Shown piece after piece: positions 59,479 through 64,000 of a stretch of 64,000 nucleotides of DNA. The notes beneath the pieces were generated by a model. It searched no databases and was not told the DNA's origin. It saw only the letters and a program-made list of their open reading frames with translations. Position 1 is the stretch's first letter. Each line of letters begins with the position of its first letter. Made by a program: the position numbers and the translations under genes. The stretch comes from Lentisphaeria bacterium (GTDB lineage Bacteria > Verrucomicrobiota > Lentisphaeria > Victivallales > Victivallaceae), in the NCBI GenBank assembly GCA_017466125.1, contig JAFTUS010000117.1, positions 6,324 through 70,323 of the forward strand, written 5' to 3'.

Positions 59479-61569
59479 TTATTCTCTTTCTGCCAAATAG
59501 TTCCGGTTGCATCCACGGGTGCTTTCGCTGAACATCACAACGTTGCTCTGACGTGTGACTTCCGCTTCGATTTTCTCTGCATCCGCCTCGGGAATGATGG
59601 TGCAGTTGAAGAAATGTTCGCCCTGTTCCGTCAACGGATAATCATCGGTCGGCTTGATGACGAAAGGCTCATGGTGAGCGTAGAACGGACTGCGCAGCAG
59701 CGTCATACGGAAAGCCTCGCTGCCCTCTCCGGGGGAGTCGATGGCGTAAATATCGCGGCTGACCAGGGCGGTGTCATCAAGTTTCACGAAGTCATGCATC
59801 GGCAGTTCTCTGCCGTCCACTTCACGTTCAAATACATTGCCGGGGCATCCGGCGATATACTCTTTCACGGCGGCATCGGGGAGGTAACTCATCTTGAGCA
59901 GTTCCTGACGGCCATGGTATTCCACCTGGATACCGAGACGGATCTCCGCTTCTCCGGCATATTTGCTGACCGAAAGAACAATGTCGCAGGCGGGACATTT
60001 CCACGCCGCTTTTGCCACGGCGAAGAGAGAGCCGTTTTCGGCGGTAAGAAACGCCTCTTTTTCCGGTTTCCACTCATATTTGAGTTTACCGGTATACCGT
60101 TTCAGACCGTGTGTCCAGGTATCGCTGTCATCCTCCATGATCTGGAAGGAGATTTTTTTGCAGACGGCGGCAACGGCCTTTTCCAGTTCGGCAGACAGGT
60201 CGCAGGAGTTGGCATAGGCGAATTCCCGGTTGATGCAGATGATCTTGCGTTCACCGGCAGCGAGTGTAAGCGGGAAGACGATCCGGTTATGATTGACAGC
60301 CGCCTCACTGCGGATGAGCTGATGCGGGATCGTGTTGCCGTTTTCATCCTGCAAGGTGAACTGACGGTATTCGATCTTCTCTTCGTAACCGAACCACGGA
60401 GCGGCAGTATACATACCGGAATAGGGTCTGTCACTGAAGTTATCCAGCACAAGCTGCTGACGGTTGTCACGTCCGATGGTCTTATTATTCAGACGGCGGG
60501 TCAGCATGGTGTTGAAGCGGTAAGCGGTACTGTAAGCGCGTCCGAGATCCGCATAACTCAAATCGTAGGAACTCTTGATGCACGTTCCGGCGAGGATGTC
60601 ATGAAAGCAGTTGAATGCCAGAAGTTTTTTGACATTTTCCAGTTCCGCATATTCCGGAACGGTTGCGGCGATATCGGGATAGCGTTCAACGAGATGCTCC
60701 GCCATGCGGAACTGTTCTTCGATGGAACGGATCTGCCGCTTGAAACTGTGCAGAATGGTGTAACATCCGATCGCATGCTGCTGAAGTTCGCCCTTGTAAA
60801 CGGGGAGCAGATCGATCTTGTCGGCGATCTCATCGAAGAACTGACGGGGCGAACTGATAACGATTTCCACGCTGGGATAGTCATTTTTGTGTTCCCGGAG
60901 CCAATCCAGTTCGTGACGGCCGGGGCCGCCGCCGTGGTCGCCCATGCCGACGAAAAACATATTGTGACCGATCTTCTCATCGGTTTTTGCAATAACGCTT
61001 TCCAGTTGTCTCTTCATTCCGGCATAACTGCGGGTGCAGTAGCCCTCCTGGATGCGGTAGGTGGTAATGCGGTTTCCGGCGGGACCTTCCCAGCGGAAAA
61101 GGCTGGACGGCAGGTGCATTTCATGCTCCATGGGGCGCATCATCACATAAGAATCCACCCCGCAGGCGGCGTAATGGTCGGGGAGCGAGGCGGTATGTCC
61201 GAAACTGTCCACATTGTATCCGACAGTGGGTTCCACACCCAATTTTTTCCACATTTCAGCGGAAACACTGCGCTGCCATGCGATCGTACAGGCATCCGGG
61301 AAATTGCAGTCGGGCTGGATGTACCAGCCGCCGACCACCTGCCAGCGGCCCTGTTGGACGAACTTTCTGACCCGCTCAAAAAGTTGAGGAGCATTTTCAG
61401 CAAGGATCTCATAGAACCACGCTTCCCCTCTGGTGATGATCGCTTCGGGGTAATCATCGAGGATCTCGCAGTTGCTCTCTGCCGTTGAAATGACCTCATC
61501 GATCCCCTGGGCCGCGTTCCAAAGCCAGACCGGGTCAAGGTGTGAATTCAAAATAACATGAATTTTCAT
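59479..61569 (-). CDS. GH38 alpha-mannosidase-like protein, no signal peptide
   Basis: SHLDPVWLW, VGGW, DSFGH, GDHGGGP, FHDILAGT. Confidence 0.92.
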   Translation of the reverse strand: MKIHVILNSHLDPVWLWNAAQGIDEVISTAESNCEILDDYPEAIITRGEAWFYEILAENAPQLFERVRKFVQQGRWQVVGGWYIQPDCNFPDACTIAWQRSVSAEMWKKLGVEPTVGYNVDSFGHTASLPDHYAACGVDSYVMMRPMEHEMHLPSSLFRWEGPAGNRITTYRIQEGYCTRSYAGMKRQLESVIAKTDEKIGHNMFFVGMGDHGGGPGRHELDWLREHKNDYPSVEIVISSPRQFFDEIADKIDLLPVYKGELQQHAIGCYTILHSFKRQIRSIEEQFRMAEHLVERYPDIAATVPEYAELENVKKLLAFNCFHDILAGTCIKSSYDLSYADLGRAYSTAYRFNTMLTRRLNNKTIGRDNRQQLVLDNFSDRPYSGMYTAAPWFGYEEKIEYRQFTLQDENGNTIPHQLIRSEAAVNHNRIVFPLTLAAGERKIICINREFAYANSCDLSAELEKAVAAVCKKISFQIMEDDSDTWTHGLKRYTGKLKYEWKPEKEAFLTAENGSLFAVAKAAWKCPACDIVLSVSKYAGEAEIRLGIQVEYHGRQELLKMSYLPDAAVKEYIAGCPGNVFEREVDGRELPMHDFVKLDDTALVSRDIYAIDSPGEGSEAFRMTLLRSPFYAHHEPFVIKPTDDYPLTEQGEHFFNCTIIPEADAEKIEAEVTRQSNVVMFSESTRGCNRNYLAERE

Positions 61570-61666
61570 AAAAAACCTCTGTTTTACGGTGATATTACTA
61601 TAAACGATAATAAGATACCACAGTTCTTTTTTTTTTCAACCGTTATTCAGAAAAAAGCCTCAAAAA

Positions 61667-62476
61667 TCACTCCGGAGCAATTCCATTCCGGAATTCCGAC
61701 GGCGTCTGGGACGTTTCCCGCTTGTAAAAGCGGCTGAAGTAATATTCGCTTCTGAAATTCAGCCGTTCTGCCACATCTTTGATTTTCAGTGCGGGGTCAC
61801 GGAGCAGCCGGGATGCCCTTGCGGCGATCGAATGGTCGAGATACTGTTTGACCGGAATTCGGTTCCGCCGTGAAAAATGTCTGGAAAAGGTATCCGGCGA
61901 CAAGCCGACGATTTGCGCCAGATCAGCGATCGTGGTCTGTGCATTGGCGTGATTTCGCAGAAATGTATACAACTCCCGTTCGCACACCAGCGGTTTCTCA
62001 CTGCTTTTCTCCCTCTGCGGCAGATAGTTCAATATCTTTTGCAGGAGCATCCCTTTCAGACGGAGCGCATTATCAGCCTCCCCGGGTGCGGCAAAGATCC
62101 TGTCGATCATACCGATCCACGCCTCGCACTCCGGTTCTTCGATAAACAGCCCGGACTTGAAGAAAAAATCGTCTCCGGCGGGAGTTAAAGTATCGAAATG
62201 GAATGCGTAAAAGCGTGTTCCGTATTCAAAGTGAAAACCGTACTCTTCGGCGGCACCGAGAAAGTAAATACAGCCCGATCGCAAACAGAGACGTTTGCCG
62301 CCGATTTGTTCCACATAAGATCTGCCGTTGCTTTCCATTACCGCAAACAGTCGGCTGCAGGGCAGAATGTTGCTGCCCGACCACAACAGATTTACTTCTG
62401 AACACTCGTACAACTCCAACCGGACCCGGTTTGCCGCCTCCAGGAGTTCCAGCAGATCTCTCCGTCCCCGAAACAT
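61667..62476 (-). CDS. AraC family regulator
   Basis: IKDVAERLNFRSEYYFSRFYK..TPSEFR. Confidence 0.9.
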   Translation of the reverse strand: MFRGRRDLLELLEAANRVRLELYECSEVNLLWSGSNILPCSRLFAVMESNGRSYVEQIGGKRLCLRSGCIYFLGAAEEYGFHFEYGTRFYAFHFDTLTPAGDDFFFKSGLFIEEPECEAWIGMIDRIFAAPGEADNALRLKGMLLQKILNYLPQREKSSEKPLVCERELYTFLRNHANAQTTIADLAQIVGLSPDTFSRHFSRRNRIPVKQYLDHSIAARASRLLRDPALKIKDVAERLNFRSEYYFSRFYKRETSQTPSEFRNGIAPE

Positions 62477-62583
62477 ACAACAAAATCCCCTTTTTTTGAA
62501 TTGTTTTTTATTTCTTTGTGCAGTATAATATACACGTGACACACAAAAATACAAATAACAACAAAAAAGAAAGGTCTGTTATC

Positions 62584-64000
62584 ATGATATTCAAGAAAGA
62601 AAATACCTCAATGATCTCCTTCCCGCTGGGCGGCATCGGCAGCGGATGCATCGGACTTGCCGGAAATGGTTCTCTGATCGACTGGGAGATTTTCAACCGC
62701 CCCTCCAAATGCAGCCGCAACGGTCTTTCCCACTTCGCAGTCCGTGCCGAAGAAGAGGGCAAAGTAACCGCGTTCCGTATTCTGAACGGCGATTTGCCCG
62801 CCCCTTACAACGGCGAACATCAGACACAGCCGGGGCATCGGGGTTTCGGTTACGGTCCGGCAACAGATACCCTTTCCAGTTGGCCGCATTTTCCCGAACA
62901 TGAATTTTCGGGAAACTATCCGGTTGCAGAAATCACCTTCAAGGATGATGCGTTCCCCGCACAGAGCAAACTTTGCGCCTGGAGCGTGATGATCCCCGGT
63001 GAAAGCCGGGACTCCTCTCTGCCAGGTGCCTTTTTTGAAGTGGAACTGACCAACAACACCGGCAGAACGATCGACTATACTGTCATCGGCGTACTCAACA
63101 ACCCCTGGGATGACCGGACTTCCAGTTACAACGACACAAACCAAAACCAGTTGACCGTCTGTTCCGGAGACGGCACCGGCGACTTGACCCTGACCGTTGA
63201 TGAACCTCCGGAAAACATTTCATATCAAACGTGTTTCTTCCGGGGGGACTGGAATGACAGTCAGGAGATGTATTACAACGACCTGATGCGGGGCGGACGT
63301 TTCGCCGACCGCCGCTACGGACAGGACGTACCCCGGAAAAAACAGGAACACGGTCTGCTTGCCGCCCATTTCAGACTGGCTCCGGGGGAGCGGAAAGTCA
63401 CCCGCTTTATCATCACATGGAGTATTCCGGTTTACGAAAAATACTGGCACTATCCCGAAGACACCAGAGCGCAGGAGGCGGGGCTGCCGCTTCACTGGCG
63501 CAACTACTACGCCACACTCTGGAAGAATTCCATGGAGTCCGGGAAATATGCCGCAGCAGAGTATGAACGCCTCCGCAAAGGCACATTCCTTTTCAGCGAA
63601 CTACTCCAATACGGCAATCTGCCCGACACGGTAAAGGATGCTGTTTCAAGTTGTCTTTCCGTTCTCAAATCCCCCACCTGTCTGCGGCTGGAAGACGGAA
63701 CTTTTTACGGTTGGGAGGGCGTACAGGGGCATTTCGGTTCCTGTGAGGGTTCCTGTTCCCACGTCTGGGGTTATCAGCAGGCACTGCCTTTTCTCTTTCC
63801 CGACCTGGAGCGTTCCATGCGGGAGTCCCATTTGAAATACAGCGTGGATGAAAACGGCGGCAGTCACTTCCGTCTGCAGCTGCCTCTGGGGGTGAAAGCC
63901 CTTCCCTCCGACCACCGCCCCTGTGCCGACGGTCAGTTGGGCGATGTGATGAAAATGTACCGTGACTGGCTTATTTCGGGCAGCGATGAGTATATCCGCC
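62584..64000 (+). CDS. GH116 family beta-glucosidase (3' end runs off the window)
   Basis: Not in the ORF track; translated by hand: MIFKKENTSMISFPLGGIGSGCIGLAGNGSLIDWEIFNRP...GWEG..GSCEGSCSHVWGY..ADGQLG. Confidence 0.88.
   Translation, partial: MIFKKENTSMISFPLGGIGSGCIGLAGNGSLIDWEIFNRPSKCSRNGLSHFAVRAEEEGKVTAFRILNGDLPAPYNGEHQTQPGHRGFGYGPATDTLSSWPHFPEHEFSGNYPVAEITFKDDAFPAQSKLCAWSVMIPGESRDSSLPGAFFEVELTNNTGRTIDYTVIGVLNNPWDDRTSSYNDTNQNQLTVCSGDGTGDLTLTVDEPPENISYQTCFFRGDWNDSQEMYYNDLMRGGRFADRRYGQDVPRKKQEHGLLAAHFRLAPGERKVTRFIITWSIPVYEKYWHYPEDTRAQEAGLPLHWRNYYATLWKNSMESGKYAAAEYERLRKGTFLFSELLQYGNLPDTVKDAVSSCLSVLKSPTCLRLEDGTFYGWEGVQGHFGSCEGSCSHVWGYQQALPFLFPDLERSMRESHLKYSVDENGGSHFRLQLPLGVKALPSDHRPCADGQLGDVMKMYRDWLISGSDEYIR

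Noticed and set aside
59125-61488. 787-aa plus-strand ORF
   Set aside because: Antisense to the GH38 gene.
62608-63915. Short ORFs listed at the window end
   Set aside because: All overlap the continuous GH116 frame starting at 62584.

Overview
This is a bacterial chromosome window. Gene content (repeated prepilin-type FTLIELL genes beside glycoside hydrolases, lpxA, Rnf, GGGtGRT) suggests an anaerobic PVC-superphylum organism, probably Lentisphaeria; that assignment is inference. Housekeeping blocks are gpmI-lpxA, trmH-nadK-lrp, pfp-gatC-gatA, serA-like, rnfABCDG without rnfE, argS-GT4-dCMP deaminase-rfaE2, RRM, NifU-like/GGGtGRT, gatB and azlCD-agcS. These alternate with four carbohydrate-utilisation cassettes, three of which place a pilin-like gene directly before a large secreted glycoside hydrolase, with no SusC/D or ABC transporter present. 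After gatB come two Ser/Thr kinases and a WYL regulator that is divergent from an unannotated 25-aa hydrophobic ORF, with a palindrome between them. A palindromic repeat is translated in frame in one pilin leader, and a similar repeat brackets a multi-hairpin intergenic element. No rRNA, tRNA, CRISPR array, transposase or integrase was seen. All family calls come from motif recognition, not database searches.
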